This document shows positions 24,991 through 37,884 of a DNA stretch of 64,000 nucleotides, piece after piece (position 1 is the stretch's first letter; each line of letters starts with the position of its first letter). The stretch is taken from assembly GCA_013239625.1 (NCBI GenBank), contig MU053557.1:503063-567062 (forward strand), in the 5' to 3' direction. The translations under genes were made by a program, and so were the position numbers. The notes below the pieces were generated by a model that was not told the DNA's origin, ran no database searches, and saw only the letters and a list, made by a program, of their open reading frames with translations. The DNA is from Lama guanicoe (lineage: Eukaryota).

Positions 24991-25817
24991 CGGAGGCTCT
25001 CACCAAGGACCCTGGTCGCTGTTCCCAAAGCCCTGCGTAGGCCTTGGCTTAACACAGAGATCAGGGAGGGATGATGTAGACATATCCTTGTGCTGAGGCC
25101 TTCTGGGACTTCATATCTAGGATGATGGGTACCTCTGGGTTTCAGCTTGGCCCAGGGAGGGGGTCCTAGAGAAGCTCTCTTTCCACTTGATGTAGCTCTC
25201 CTATCTTTTTGATCTTTGGGGGATCTTTAAGTTAAAGGCAGGGATTTTTTTTAAACCACACTCATCAAAGTACTTCGGTTTCCAGAAATAAAATCAGACG
25301 ACAACAATAAATACGAACAGTAACACTCACTGCGCTTTATTAGATTCTGATTGGGTGCTATGCTGAGCATTTTGCATCTATCATCTTATTGAATCTGCTC
25401 AACAAATTTATAACAGAACAACTCTCAAGGCAGTGAGGGTCTAGGATTCAGAAAGCTGGAACTGTGACTTGTAGAGACTGACACAAGCAAATTCACACTA
25501 CGGGGATTTGAGAAGAGCCTAGAAAGTGTTTGACCAGTTACTGCAGGGGTACTGAGCAGCCGTCAGCTGTCGGTGTAAGTTATGCTTATGGAAAGGGATT
25601 TCTGAAGCCATTAGGGACATCCACCCACAGACATCTCTCTTTTTGATGTCAGGGGCAGATCCTATACTATGTTCTAAGTTCAGTCTGTGCATCCCGGATT
25701 ATCACAGTGCTCTGTGCTTGTACAGAACAGGTTGTTTCCAAATGGCTTCGCATTCAGTGGTGAGGTCACCTCCAGGGCCTTCCCCTCCTGGGCAGCGTGA
25801 TTTGCCGCCTCCCTCCC

Positions 25818-25990
25818 ATTAATCAGGCCTCTTGCTTCAAAGATAGAAACCCAGCTCAAATTGACAGTGGGAGAAAGGGAACTGATTGGCTTATGTAACT
25901 GAAAAGCTCAAGGGTAGTCAGGCTCCAGGCTCAGCCTGTTCCCAGCTCACTCTCCAGTCTCATCCATGGCTCTCCTCCTCTCTCTCGGTG
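25818..25990 (-). mobile_element. MLT1K/L-like LTR 3' fragment
   Basis: agaaacccagctcaaa...aagggaactgattggcttatgtaactgaaaag. Confidence 0.7.
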
Positions 25991-26147
25991 GAGAGCTGCA
26001 CCCAACCTCTCCCAGGTCCTTCAGAAAGGCTTAGCTGTGCCTGCCTCTCTGTCATCAAAGATGCTACTATAGCCTCCCCCTCCACATTGACTGATGCTAC
26101 TCATATCTTCCTCCGTTTTTAAATATAAAATTATTGAGCACCTAGAG

Positions 26148-26673
26148 GGGTGGCTAGTCTCTAAAGATGACCCCCCCCCACCCCTACAGTGAACCACACG
26201 TCCAGAGAGTCACATCCTTGTGTGACTCCCTCCCTCGCTGAATCTGGGCTGGCCTTGGGACATGCTGTGACCAACAGGACGCAGTAGTGGTGGCTCCATT
26301 CTAGAGTTGTGCCTAAGCCTTGCAAGGGCATGACAGCTCCTACTTTTGCACTCAGGGGATGTCTTAGCTATCCTGTAAGAAGTCCAGAGACCCTGCTGGA
26401 GGAACGACATGGAGAGGCCCCATGGAGTAGGAGAGCCCCTGGACCTGCAAGGACAGAGAGGCCCAGTGGTCCCAGTCATCTCTCCCCAGGCACCAGCCAT
26501 TCCTGCCCACCTGAGCCTCAAGATGACTGCAGCCCCAGCCAACGGCATGTACAGTTAAATCATCCTCCAGTGGAATCCCACCAAACCATAGAATTATGAA
26601 AAAAGAATAAGTTGTTGTAATTTTAGGCTACTAACTTTAGGAGTGGATTGTTACAGAGCAATGATGACCGACA
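26148..26673 (+). mobile_element. MLT1F/G-type MaLR solo LTR
   Basis: ctctaaagatgaccccc...tgaatctgggctggccttg...tgtaagaagtccag...agatgactgcagccccagcc...tgttacagagcaat. Source of the ORFs at 26210-26599. Confidence 0.85.
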
Positions 26674-27547
26674 CTGAGCACCTGCCAGGTCCCGTGCTCC
26701 TCCTGGGTTTATAACTACAGGTGCAATGGGCACGGTCCACAGCCTCCCACATCTATCCATCTTTGCAGGTTTACCCTTCTCAGAGGTGTTTGCAGACCTG
26801 GCTTACCAGAGACGCTTCCCCTCTAATAAGCTCTCACAAGACTTTTTACTTCTCTACCATAGCCCTTTGTACACCCAGAAGTAACTCATTTATACGTGTC
26901 TTATCTCTTTCCTCTGGTGGCACATAAGCCCTCTGTGGGTGGGGTCCACGCACGCTGAGCTCACCACTACATCCTCTGCACCCTGCGCATCCCTGGGGAC
27001 ATGATCAATGCCCAGTGGGCATTTGGTGGTTGGCTGACTGGAAAAAGCCTGCCTCTCGTCTGCTTTTTCTTTGTTGGAGAAGATGCCAGGATGATGACTC
27101 CTTCACCTCCCATAAGGCAACAGAGAGAAGACAAGCCACTTTTTAATGAGTTTAGAAGCTCAAGTCCTAGAAGAGCAGTCTGGCTCTGAAAAGTGTGTTC
27201 TTTTTATAATAAGGACATCTTGCTTATTTTCATTTGGAAATCGTATGAGCAGTAGTTGCCTGTTTTGTTTCTTTTTTTAATGATTTTCTCCGTCTATTTC
27301 CCTCAAAAGACATTGAACCAACTAGCACACTTTTCTTCCCACCCCATACCTTCAGAGGCCTCGCTGTGATGGAGGACCATAAAAGAGAAGGAGGGGATAT
27401 TTTTTGGTAGGTTTTAGAGAAATCAGAAGGTAGAGTATTTGATTTTCAGAGGAACGTGGATCGTGGTCCTTGGAGTCAGCTGGTCTGGCACAAAGCAAGG
27501 ACAAGAACCCTTTGCCTTCCATTGTGGGAATTGTCTTCTCTGCTTAC

Positions 27548-27850
27548 CTCAGCAGACACCTCTGAGGCTGAAGGCTCTTCCTGCGAGCTGACTCTGAATT
27601 AGCCGTTCCTCTGGCCCAGATGCCCGTCTCTCATCTGACTGGAGACACTGCAACTCTGCTGGAGCAGTTCACACAGTACGCTCGAGAAACAGCCGTATCA
27701 GCCAAGAATATTTACATATGGTTTGGATTTAATACATATGGTGCTGGATTTAAAATATATTCTCTTTACTGGCCGGTGGGTCATTAAGCCTTCTACTGTG
27801 TGCGAAAAGCTAAAGCATTTCTCTGTGGCTATTTAACTGCCGTGGCAACG
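27548..27850 (-). promoter_or_regulatory. Candidate minus-strand first or internal non-coding exon with adjacent promoter-like motifs
   Basis: Strong donor GAG|GTAAGC at 27548/27547, locally CpG-enriched unique DNA, RFX-like ACTGCCGTGGCAAC 27836-27849, and a possible acceptor before 27795. Confidence 0.35.
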
Positions 27851-28219
27851 GATTAATTCACAAACTATGTGACATCATCCAATCCCATGGAATAAAGATA
27901 ATGAAATTAGCAACCTTTCATATAATAGCAGCATGAAAGGTCTTACGTAACTTAACGAAAAGACAGTGCAAGGAAGCAAAGAAAACACAGCGCAGCGACT
28001 CCCATCAGTGCTGTCTTGTATTCGTGGCACGATCTTCTCTGTGACCCTTGATTTCCCTATCCACAAATGGAGACAATAAATCCTATTTCATGAGTTTCTT
28101 GCAAGAATAAGAAAGAAAACACATTCATTCATTATCCAGCCATCAGCAAACTTATCAATTGCCTACTATGTGGCAGGTATCCTAGTCACAAAAACCCTAC
28201 TCTTGAGAAATTACACATT

Positions 28220-28268
28220 TGTGTGTGTGTGTGTGTGTGTGTGTGCTCGCGCACGCGTGTGTGTGTGC
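28220..28268. repeat. (TG)n microsatellite with a CG-containing segment
   Basis: tgtg...gtgctcgcgcacgcgtgtgtgtgtgc read directly. Confidence 0.95.
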
Positions 28269-28304
28269 AGACGAGGACATAGCCAGTAAACAAGGAAATA
28301 AATT

Positions 28305-28806
28305 GAGGTCGCCACAGGAAACAGATGGCTCGGTCAAGCAGGGTAATTAGATTGCAGAGAGTTTAATGAAGGGACCGACTATAAAGGTGCTACAGGATGA
28401 AGGGAAACTTGCAAGGTATGGTGAAGCGCCCTGGGCTAGCGAGAGCAAAGAACTGTTACCCCTCGAGGCCTCAAGGGTTAGGAGAGGAGAGCAGTCACAA
28501 GAACCCAGAGAGAGATGCTCGTAGCTGAGGGAGGCTGCTGGCCTCTAGTAGCTGTGACCACGGGAGACGAAACAGAGTCACTCCAAACAGCAGTATGGCA
28601 GGAAGGGAGACAGGGAGCAACCTTGTCCTCTTCCCATGGTGCAGTCTCTGCCACCGCCTGTCATTGGTTGAAACTAACTGGAATCTACAAGGCCAGGGAC
28701 CAGAAAGCCTATGTGATGCAGTCCATACTGGTGAGCCTCGCAGGGAAGAGAAGGCGTGTGGAAGAGAAGAGAGTGAATGTGGAGGGGCAAAAAGCAAATC
28801 CGGGAT
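28305..28806 (-). mobile_element. LTR33-like ERVL solo LTR inserted in an L2
   Basis: Reverse complement of the right end, tttgcccctccacattcactctc...gaggctcaccagtatggactgcatca, matches the recalled LTR33 5' end. Left end aggaaacagatggc...gagagtttaatgaaggga. Confidence 0.8.
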
Positions 28807-28809
28807 AGC

Positions 28810-30315
28810 AAGCTCCTATGTCATGGCCCAGATGTTGAGCACCATGGAGAGAAGTAAAGCAGGGAAAGAGGGATGAGGGACACGGGTCCATAGGTCAATG
28901 CTACACTATTTTATTTAGGACAGTCAGGAAAGAGCTCCCTGAGGAGGTGGCATTTGATTGAAGGAAGTCTACAGGAAGTGAGAGACTGAGTTGAACAAGA
29001 AGAACTTTTCAGGCTGAGGGGACAGCAGATGCAAAGGCTCTGAGATGGGAGCATGCTCAATATATTCAAGGGTTTATAAGGAGGCCAGTAAGGCTGGAGT
29101 AGAGTAGGAGGAGGGTGGGAGAAAAGGTAGAGAGTCATATTGTGTATGGCACTGTAGGCTTTTACGTGATTTTGACAGGAAACTACTGTGGAAGGATATG
29201 AGCAAAGAAATAAATTATCTGGCTTACGTTTAAATATAAAGTATATTTAACTATGCTGAGGAGGTACTGAAGGGGAGCAAGAGTGGGTATAGGAAAACCA
29301 TTTAGAAGTCCAGGGCAATACTCCAGGGGAGAGATGAAGGTAGCCTGGATCAGGTGGTAGTTGAGGAGGTAGGAGAAATGAGTGCATTCTTACATATTTT
29401 GAAGGTAAAGAAGACAGAATTTTTCTGATGAATTTGGAAAGGATTATAGGAAACAGAAGAGTTAAACATGATTGCAAGGCTTCTGACATAAGCAGCTAGA
29501 ATGATGAGGTGGCCAGTTACTGAAATCAAGAAGACTGGGGAAGGACAGGTTTGGGGTACACAGAACAATAAATGATCCATGTATCACCTCTACCCCTGCC
29601 TCACCAACAATTCAATTGATAATATTCGTATTACAGGTAAAGCATGACTCAAACACCTCTTAAGAATCAGATAACTTAGTTCTGTCTCAGCAATCTGAAT
29701 CACACTTCAACATGATTCCCTGTCTTCTAAATTTATCATGCTGCCCTCTAGCAATCTACCCATCACTTCACATTTAGGTTTATATTTCTTTTTTTACCTG
29801 GATCCCAACTTTTGGCCTGGAGAGATTCTACTCAGCTTTCAAAGTCCAGCTTAGTTCCCACTAAATTCATGGAAATTCCTGATTATATCATTTGACATTC
29901 AGCCAAAAGATATCAAAGAAAGGTTTATAAATTTTAAATGTTTGTAATATTCCTTCTCCAAAGATGAGGTACCAGTGGGATAGAATTTTGCTGTGAGTGA
30001 TGAACCCGGCTGGGGTGGGAAAGGACATTAGGGATTTAGCTACGACTAAAACCCATGTCAGATTTGAGAAATCTCTTAGATCTCTTAATGAAGATCTGTA
30101 GTAGGCATCTGGACATATGAATCTGGGGTTTATGAGAGAAGTCTAGATGGAGATGTAAGTTTGGGAGTCATTGGCATATGGTTAGAATTTAAAGCCATGA
30201 AACTAGATGAGTTCACCAAAGGCATGACTGTAGATAAAGGAGGGGAAAAAAAGCAAGACCAAAAGTTGAGCTCTGAGCCTTCCAATAGTAAGAGGTCAGA
30301 TTGAAGAGGAGGAAG
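28810..30315 (-). mobile_element. L2 fragments (about 28810-29570 and 30030-30315), continuing the L2 end at about 28120-28310
   Basis: ccctgaggaggtggcatttga, gatgcaaaggctctgagatgggagcatg and agatgtaagtttgggagtcattggcatatggttagaatttaaagccatg. Confidence 0.85.
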
Positions 30316-30501
30316 CAGCATGCCATATATTTTCTCTTCTATTCCCTCAAGGAATTTGGCAGGACCTTTAACACACAGTAGGTCCCCAATACTATATGCT
30401 GCTTAATGAGAATCTGATACAGTAAAGATGAGTTCTGCAATAGCCAGACAGAAGAGCTGCAGATTTCAAATGACTGCTAAAAAGTACTGATACCTGTTTA
30501 A

Positions 30502-30503
<2 letters not shown>

Positions 30504-30531
<28 letters not shown>
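30504..30531. repeat. (TG)n microsatellite
   Basis: Read directly from the sequence. Confidence 0.95.
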
Positions 30532-30532
<1 letters not shown>

Positions 30533-31301
30533 GTGGGTGGTTTTCCCACACCATCTGGCGATTCTGCGAGACACTAGCTGGGTGTCCTACAATTCCACTC
30601 AGTTTTGACACTATCTACCCGGCGAACAGCAGCAGATCCCGTATGTGACGGGCTCAGTGTAACAAGACTGCCCCCTCTCCTTCAGATACCAGTTACAAAT
30701 CAAGGTTGTTTCCTGTACTTTGGACTGACTGGCTATAAATCAGAGGTCTCCGTCCTCCTTGGATTCAATTAATTTGCTGCAATGGCTCACAAAACTCAAA
30801 GGAACACTTTACTTATTAGATTACATGTTTATTATGAAATTATTGTTATTAAAAGAATAGAATTTGAAAACAGCCAGACGGAAGAGATGCATGGGGCAAA
30901 GTACGGGGAAAGGGCTTTGAGCTTCTGTGCTCTCTGAGGGTGCCACTCTCCAAATCTCATGCTCAGAAGCTCTCTGAACCCAGTCCTTTTGTTTTGTGGA
31001 GGCTTCGTTACATAGGTGCGATTGCTTAATCATTGAACCATGGTGATCGATTCAACCTCTATCCCCTCTCCCCACCCCAGAGGTCAGGGGGCAAGACTGA
31101 AAGGTCCAACCCACTAATCACGTGGTTGGTTCTCAGGATAAGGAGCCCCCATCCTTAGATGGATCCAAAAATCACCTCATTAACATAACAAAAGACACCT
31201 CATGGCTCTCATCACAGGAAATTCTAAAAAACTTCAGAGCTCTGTGCCAGAACAGGGGACAAAGACCAAAAGTGTACTGCTTATTATAAACCACATTATC
31301 A
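30532..31301 (-). mobile_element. MER21-type ERV LTR
   Basis: gacactagctgggtgtcctacaatt...gactggctataaatcagagg...agagctctgtgccagaacaggggacaaagaccaaa matches the antisense MER21 consensus. Confidence 0.85.
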
Positions 31302-31418
31302 GAGCTTCTCCTTTTATTGCCTTTCTGCATCCTTCCTGGCCCCACCTTAACAGATAGCATGTTCCTTCCAGGGGCAAGTAAGGGTGACACTGATTCCACA
31401 CTCGTCTTGAATAATAAG

Positions 31419-31628
31419 TGAAGATGACCTTGCAAGAGCACGGTCTGAACTGTGCAGGTCCACTTACACAGATTTTTTTTTTTTCAGAACTACGCTACTA
31501 CAGGATCCATAATTGGTTGAGTCCTTCTTTGGATATGGAACTGCAGATACAGAGGGTGGACTGTAAAGCTACATGCTGAGTTTTGACTGTGTGTGCCCCC
31601 ATCCTCCATGCTCTTCAAGGGTCAACTG
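31419..31628 (+). mobile_element. MER8-like TcMar-Tigger MITE
   Basis: tgaactgtgcaggtccacttacacagattttttt...gcagatacagagggtggactgtaaag...ttcaagggtcaactg followed by TA. Confidence 0.8.
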
Positions 31629-34600
31629 TACTTCCTAACACTGACAATATCATTTCTCCCATTCTCCTTCCTATTGTCCCCATTGATCACGGTAAGACTT
31701 GGGGGAATCCCAGAATAGTTTCACCTGACAGAAGACTTGGATGACCTACTCTAAATCGTTCACCTGACATCCCCATGGAAGGGGAAAAAAGTAATGTGCA
31801 AAAACTAAAATAATACTGCCAGCTATGATTTACCAAGCACTTATCCTATGTCTGGTACCACACTAAGTGTTTGACATGCATTGTCTCAATCCTTTTATCT
31901 ACCAAGTGAAGCAGGCACTATTAGAACAGGAATAGACCTCAGGAATATTAACAGCACAATAAACACTGACAAATGAGCTGAGGTTGTTTTACACCCATGG
32001 TCTGCAACCAGTGGGCAGGCAGACACAACCAAGGCAGGAGAGTCTGGTGGAAGATACACAAACTTTCATGAGGATGGTAAGAGCAAGTATCATACTTTGC
32101 AGAATCTTCTTACGGTGGGGATGAAACCTTTGGCACTTTTAAAAAGTCATCAAGAGCCAAAGACCTGAAAAGTCAATATTTCCAGCTGGGAGCCTGTTAC
32201 CTCATCTCCCACTTTATATAACGTGTCTGTTACTTTCCAAAGAGTTTACATCTTTCAAGTGTTTTTGTTGGTATTGGTCCATAAATCATATTCCCATCTT
32301 GTGACAACCACACAATTTCAATTCTCATTCCTCTGTGAGAATTGAGGTTCATAGTATATAAAATAGAGGTTCACAGATGTTCATAGTGCATGAAAAACCT
32401 TGCCTGAGATCACATAGGTAGTTAAGTGGTAGAACCAGATTTGACCCAAGTCTGTATGATTCCAGAGACCAAGCTCTGAACCTCTGCTTCATACTTCTCC
32501 TCTAAACATGTGCAGTGAGCTGGGCATATGCTTGTATAGCTCTTGGAATTCTCCACTTTTTGTCAATTACCAAATGAACAGAAGAATAACACTGAGCTAT
32601 TTTCTCCTTCAATACATAGTGAGCTCTCATTTTTCTCCCTGCTCAAAGTACCAGCCATATATGTCCCACAGAGATGAACGTGAGTAAGGAGCCTCTGTAG
32701 TTATTGTTAGGGAAATAAGACATAGGAGTTGCTATGTCTGAAAGCTGAGACTCCACACGTCTTTAAACTCAGAAAAGATGGAGGAAGAACGAGACAGGGA
32801 TTTCCTTTTTGCAGAATGAAGAACATATGCAGAGGCAGGAAGCGTCTGTAGTGTAGTCAAAGAAAACAAATGGTCCCCTATTTATAGGTTATCCTCCAAG
32901 AAACACACATCTGGGTAGCATGATTAACCCCTTCTTCAAGTGAGGGCCTTGATTCAAGTGACAAAAGTAGAAGAACAGTGGCATGAAGGCTGGGAGCTAG
33001 ACTGAGCCCACACAGGACCTTGAATGGCAGGCTGAGGGGTACGGACTTTATCAGGCAGGTGACGGGCACTGCTAAGGGACAAAGCATCTGAGTGATATGA
33101 TCAGTGCTGTCCTATAATCATCCAGGTTGGATGAGAGAAGGTGATCAGGAGGACCCATCAGGTGCCTGTTGCAGTATATATGGGGTTACAGGCTGTTGGG
33201 ATAAAAATTGACATTGTAGGTAGTTGGAAAACGTCTGTTGAGGGGAGGAAGCTCCTTACATTTATAAAGTCCCAAGTTGAATATGTTCTAAGAGGATTAT
33301 CTGATAGTCTACAAGGTAGATTATAATGCTGAAATCCATAGAATTATACCTTACTTTCTCTATGTCAGACGTACAGTAGAATCCCATCCCTTTTCATCTG
33401 CTTCAGAATCATGTTGAACACATCACTGGTCCTTTAGGCTGTCACTGTAAAATCTTACTTTATAGGGCTGTTTCCTGTAAGTTTTAACAACCTTGTTGTA
33501 AATTAGTATCAAGTGTCTCCATGCTGTTTACACTAATTGGAGTTCGCTTCTAACATCATCCCCTTGTACTGCTTGGATCGCAAGTTACAATTAACATGTT
33601 GCGAGGGATAATTTTTATTTACAAAGTGCTGAAGTGAAGCTTCTTTTATGTGAAATGTGGTAGAAAAGTCATGGGGTAGGAAGCCTTTTGACTTGAAATT
33701 TAATCTATCATGTGGTTCTCTTCATGTTAAATGACTGAAGAACATTGAATGTGTTTTCCTGGAAAAAAAAAAAAGAAAGAAAGAAAGAGAAGGAACAGAC
33801 AAAGGAAGAAAAATTATATTTGTTTGAAAAGGAAAGAAAGGAATACATGAACAAGAACTGGTGCTTTTAGAACTCTCAGATTTATTATTTCCCCATTATT
33901 GGCTTTGTATAGGCTAGTTTCAAACGGCTCTCCTCCTGCCCATAGTAGGAAGATGGTGCATTTGTAACATAGCAACGTATTTTTAGAAATAGACAGGCCT
34001 CCTGCTGTGGGGAGAGACCAAATGTGACCTTATTGAAGATCATTTTTTTCAGTGACTCTGATGAGAATGACTGCCAGGACTGATGACTTTGGAAATAGAA
34101 CTCTGGATGTTTAGCTCATGGGAAACAAATTGCTTCAAGCGTAAGAATTTTTAATGGGTATAGAAGGAGGAAACAATATGTGCAGTATTTATTAAAGGTC
34201 CTTATATAGAAGAAAACTCAATTTTTTTTCTGCCTTAAGAAGAATTTCTTTCTAAGCAGAATATTTTATTTTGCATTAATGCTGGCAATCATAGTTATGT
34301 TTACCTTAATGATGAATGAGAGATTAAACCACTGGATATGCACATATTGTTCCCAAATGTGCTCAATTTAGGGCAGTAATTTAGTGAATATTCAGCTTTC
34401 ATACAAAACAGACCTAATTCCATAAAGCAGTTAAGATAAATTCACATTTCAAGGATTTTCTTTGTCCCTTAGGAACATATGAATACACTATAATACAGTC
34501 CTCCTGCTGAATCTAAACCTACTGAAACATGTCTGTGTAGATAATTACTAGACACACTTATTTGAGTGGCCTAAGCCAGACGCCTGGGAGTCACTGTCAC

Positions 34601-34650
34601 TCCTCAGCCCTAATGTGCCCTTGGTCACTAAGGCCTGTCCATTTGGCTTC

Positions 34651-34875
34651 TGTGGCAGACAACACTGGCTGTCTAGTCAGTGGGTGTTTCTGGCCTTCTT
34701 TCTTGCGGAGAAAATTCTATCTTTGTTCAAGTACTGATCAGCCGTGTGCATCAGGAAAGACTGGGTGAATTTTGGTGAGTCAGCCAATAATGGTGTCCCC
34801 AGTCCCCATGCAGGTGATTGGCTCAGGAATGGGTGCACCATGCAGTTGTGGACTATCAAATGAGGAGACATCTGT
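34651..34875 (+). mobile_element. MLT1J-like LTR 5' part
   Basis: Starts tgtggcagac and contains gtgattggctcaggaatggg...gaggagacatctg. Confidence 0.6.
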
Positions 34876-34959
34876 TAACACAGAATATGTGGAATCAAAT
34901 TGCTCCTTCTTCCCACTCCTGCCAGAGGCATTATTCTAACATGCAGCAATCTATGTCAT

Positions 34960-35400
34960 TTCCCTAAATTCCAAACCTCACACACAGTTCTCCGTGCCAC
35001 TGTCCCAGCCTCATGCCCCAGTATTTCTCCAAATGTACTGTGTTACCTTTATGGAACTGCTCACAGTTTCTCAAATACACCATATAGCATACCCCCCAGC
35101 ACCTTTTTGCTGCTTTTTTCTCTCTGCTGAAATGGCCTTCCCAAACATTGATTCATCCTACAAACCTCCGTTTAGCCATTTCTCTCCCTATTAGCTATTC
35201 ATCACTTCCATCATGCTACATTGGACACTGTGCACCCACTATTGTAGTTATCACGATGCGCTGTAATAACTTACTGATGCATCTCTCTTCTTCACTTGTC
35301 TAGGATGCCCTGAGGAATAGACTTAAGTTTATCACTGCATCATTGGCACCTGGCATAGATCTTGGCCAGATACTCAATATATGTATGTGAAAGGAAGGGA
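34960..35400 (+). mobile_element. L2 3' end
   Basis: ttatcactgcatcattggcacctggcatagatcttggccagatactcaatatatg. Confidence 0.7.
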
Positions 35401-35554
35401 GGAAGGGAGGCAGGAGGGAGGGAGGAAGGATGAGAAAAAGGAGAGAATCCATGCAGGAAAGCTGCCATAAATCAAAAAAAAAAAAAAAAGACATGAGCAC
35501 CTGAGCGGACTGGTGGGTGGTTTTCCAGGATTATGGAATAATAACAGAGTGGGG

Positions 35555-35790
35555 ACAGCAGTATCGACATCAACAGTGAACACTTACGAAGCGTTTCCCA
35601 AGCACAATGCTAAACATTTCATATAATTCATTTCATTCGAGTTTCATGACAACACAGTGAGGAAGATGCTATTACTATCCCCCTCATATTATAGACAAAG
35701 GAACTGAGGCTTCAAGACATTCACGTTTCAAAGTAAGTGGTGGCTGAGTCAGGATTCAAGCCTTTACTCCAAGGTCTTACTCCAGAACTT
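35555..35790 (-). mobile_element. MIR SINE
   Basis: ctattactatcccc...aggaactgaggct...gtaagtggtggctgagtcaggattcaagcc. Confidence 0.8.
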
Positions 35791-36033
35791 GACCAAATAT
35801 CTGTAAATATGCTGTTCTCCTACTTGTCCTAGACACGTGTTGTTCACACCAAACAGAGGGGAAATCTGAGCCTGGAGCCTTGGACTAGTGGTCTCTCTGT
35901 CACTTTCTCCATCAAAATCCCCCTCAGAGAGAACTGGAATTTCTGAAGGACCAGGTACAATGAAGTTGTTTGGTATACTGGCAATTTCTTTTGGCTCTCC
36001 ACAGGAAATCCCCTTTCCAATCTGAACACTCAC

Positions 36034-36135
36034 CAATGTCAGCTTAGGTAATGACCACATGAGTCTCGCAGACCTGTGCTATCTGCCACCCAGGTTACTA
36101 ACGCTGTAACACCGTGGGCATAGGTGATTCCAAGA
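36034..36135 (-). other. Candidate non-coding exon (102 nt)
   Basis: Acceptor CCATTCATTTTGTTCAG| and donor TTG|GTGAGT. Stop codons in all three frames. Confidence 0.2.
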
Positions 36136-37884
36136 CTGAACAAAATGAATGGCATGCTGGACTGGCCAACCACGACTCACGGTGAGAGCTTTCCTTAAAA
36201 ATGAGTTCACTGGCTCCAGTTCTGAAAATCTCTCCCAGAAAGACATATGAGACATTCAACCTCCTTAGAGAAGGTTGGGCCGTTACCCCGACACTAGGAC
36301 TTCTCCAATACCCTCAGGCTTCTAATGGACCTTCTACTAGCACCTAACCCCAGCCTGATGCAGAGCTTAAAGTTCTGGTTACTCCACAAAACACAGAGTC
36401 CTCCTTACAAACTCTAGGGACTACTTATTCACCAATTCTGAGGCAAGTCACTACCATACGCAGGCACTGGGGGGAGCTGATGCAGATGCCATCTTATCCC
36501 TAAGGAGCTGCAGTCTAGAATACACTTGTATCTTGATAAAGTGGAGGAAGCATCATTCATAAATTGCCAGCAGTTCTTACTTATTAGACATGAAAACACC
36601 ACAGAACTCACTTCGCTTTGGGGAGGCCACCACATTGGATACTTAAGTTAACCCAGTGAAATTTTACACTACCCAACAAAAACTGTGAAGTCATTACTGA
36701 CCTGAATGCAGATATTTCAGCATGAGATACTGACTCGTTCGTTTACCAAGGTAGAATGGATCTACTGTAGAAATGTCAACTTACATAGTTAAATGTGTAA
36801 ATTTCTCATAAGCATAGATGTTGATTAGTCTGTTCCTGATATTATTTATTCTTGGGAAATGTAAGGGTTAAAAAATTCAATGAGAAAATTAACAAAAATA
36901 TAGTGAGCACTGTATGAGGGGGGCATTTATAATTTTGTGAAAATTTAGAGAAACAAATAGTTTCTAGCTGATGGGATCAATTATAGAATAAGTCACAGGG
37001 AAGCTGATACTTGGGCAAGATGAAGTTTTTGACAGGTAGAGAAAAATCATATGAGTAAAGACATGGCAATACGCAGGTATGAATGTTTAGGTAATGTTAG
37101 AAGAGAACTAGTTTGGATTGAGTGTTAGAATCCTCAGGGTGAGGAAGTTTCATCTAGGATAGATTTGGTCAGTAGTCATTCACTGTGACTAGAAATACTG
37201 CCCATTCCACAAGTCAGAGGTGGAAGAGAAAATAGCTGAAGTGTTCAGGTATTCAGACTTTTATTTAGCACCATCTGGCTCTGTTCTGGATCAGCATTGC
37301 ACACAATTTGCTCAAGGTTTATGACTTAATAATATACCCACACTATTGTCACTATTTATGAATTTTCTCCAAATTCCAGTTAGTCAATGCCTCTCTGATC
37401 TTAAAAATTCTCTTTATCCTTACTATTCAAATATGTGTAAGTTCTGAACATATAGTGTGTGTCTCACTCAACAGAAATTTGGATACACTGGGACTGAGAG
37501 GGTCCTGACAAGAGCAGGTTAAAGTCAAGAATCCTTTTGTATGGTTCTTGAATAATATGATCTTTGATGAAAAGAAACCATTGACTCCATTCCTCTCTAC
37601 TAGCCATTTTCCACTAGCCATTTTTTTTCTGTTGAAAGCATCAATGTTTCTCCCCTTGAAGTGGGTATTTGCTACTTTCAAGCCACTCAGAAGTCCTTCC
37701 CCCTTCCTAACAATGCTTCAGTCTCCACTGGAGATTAAACTCTTCTCCAGTGGGTACTGTGGTGAAATGACAAATCCACAGGCCTGCCACCAACAAAAGA
37801 AGCTTCAAGAGGTCCCTGGAAGTCTTTTCTCATGAATTCTTCCTCTCATTACTCTAGTTCATCCAGGAGACAGACGGGCAACCA

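Noticed and set aside
34118..34140. MGNKLLQ resemblance to the GCSAM/GCSAML N-terminus (MGNxLL)
   Set aside because: Only a few residues match and no downstream GCSAM-like exons were found, so no gene symbol was assigned.
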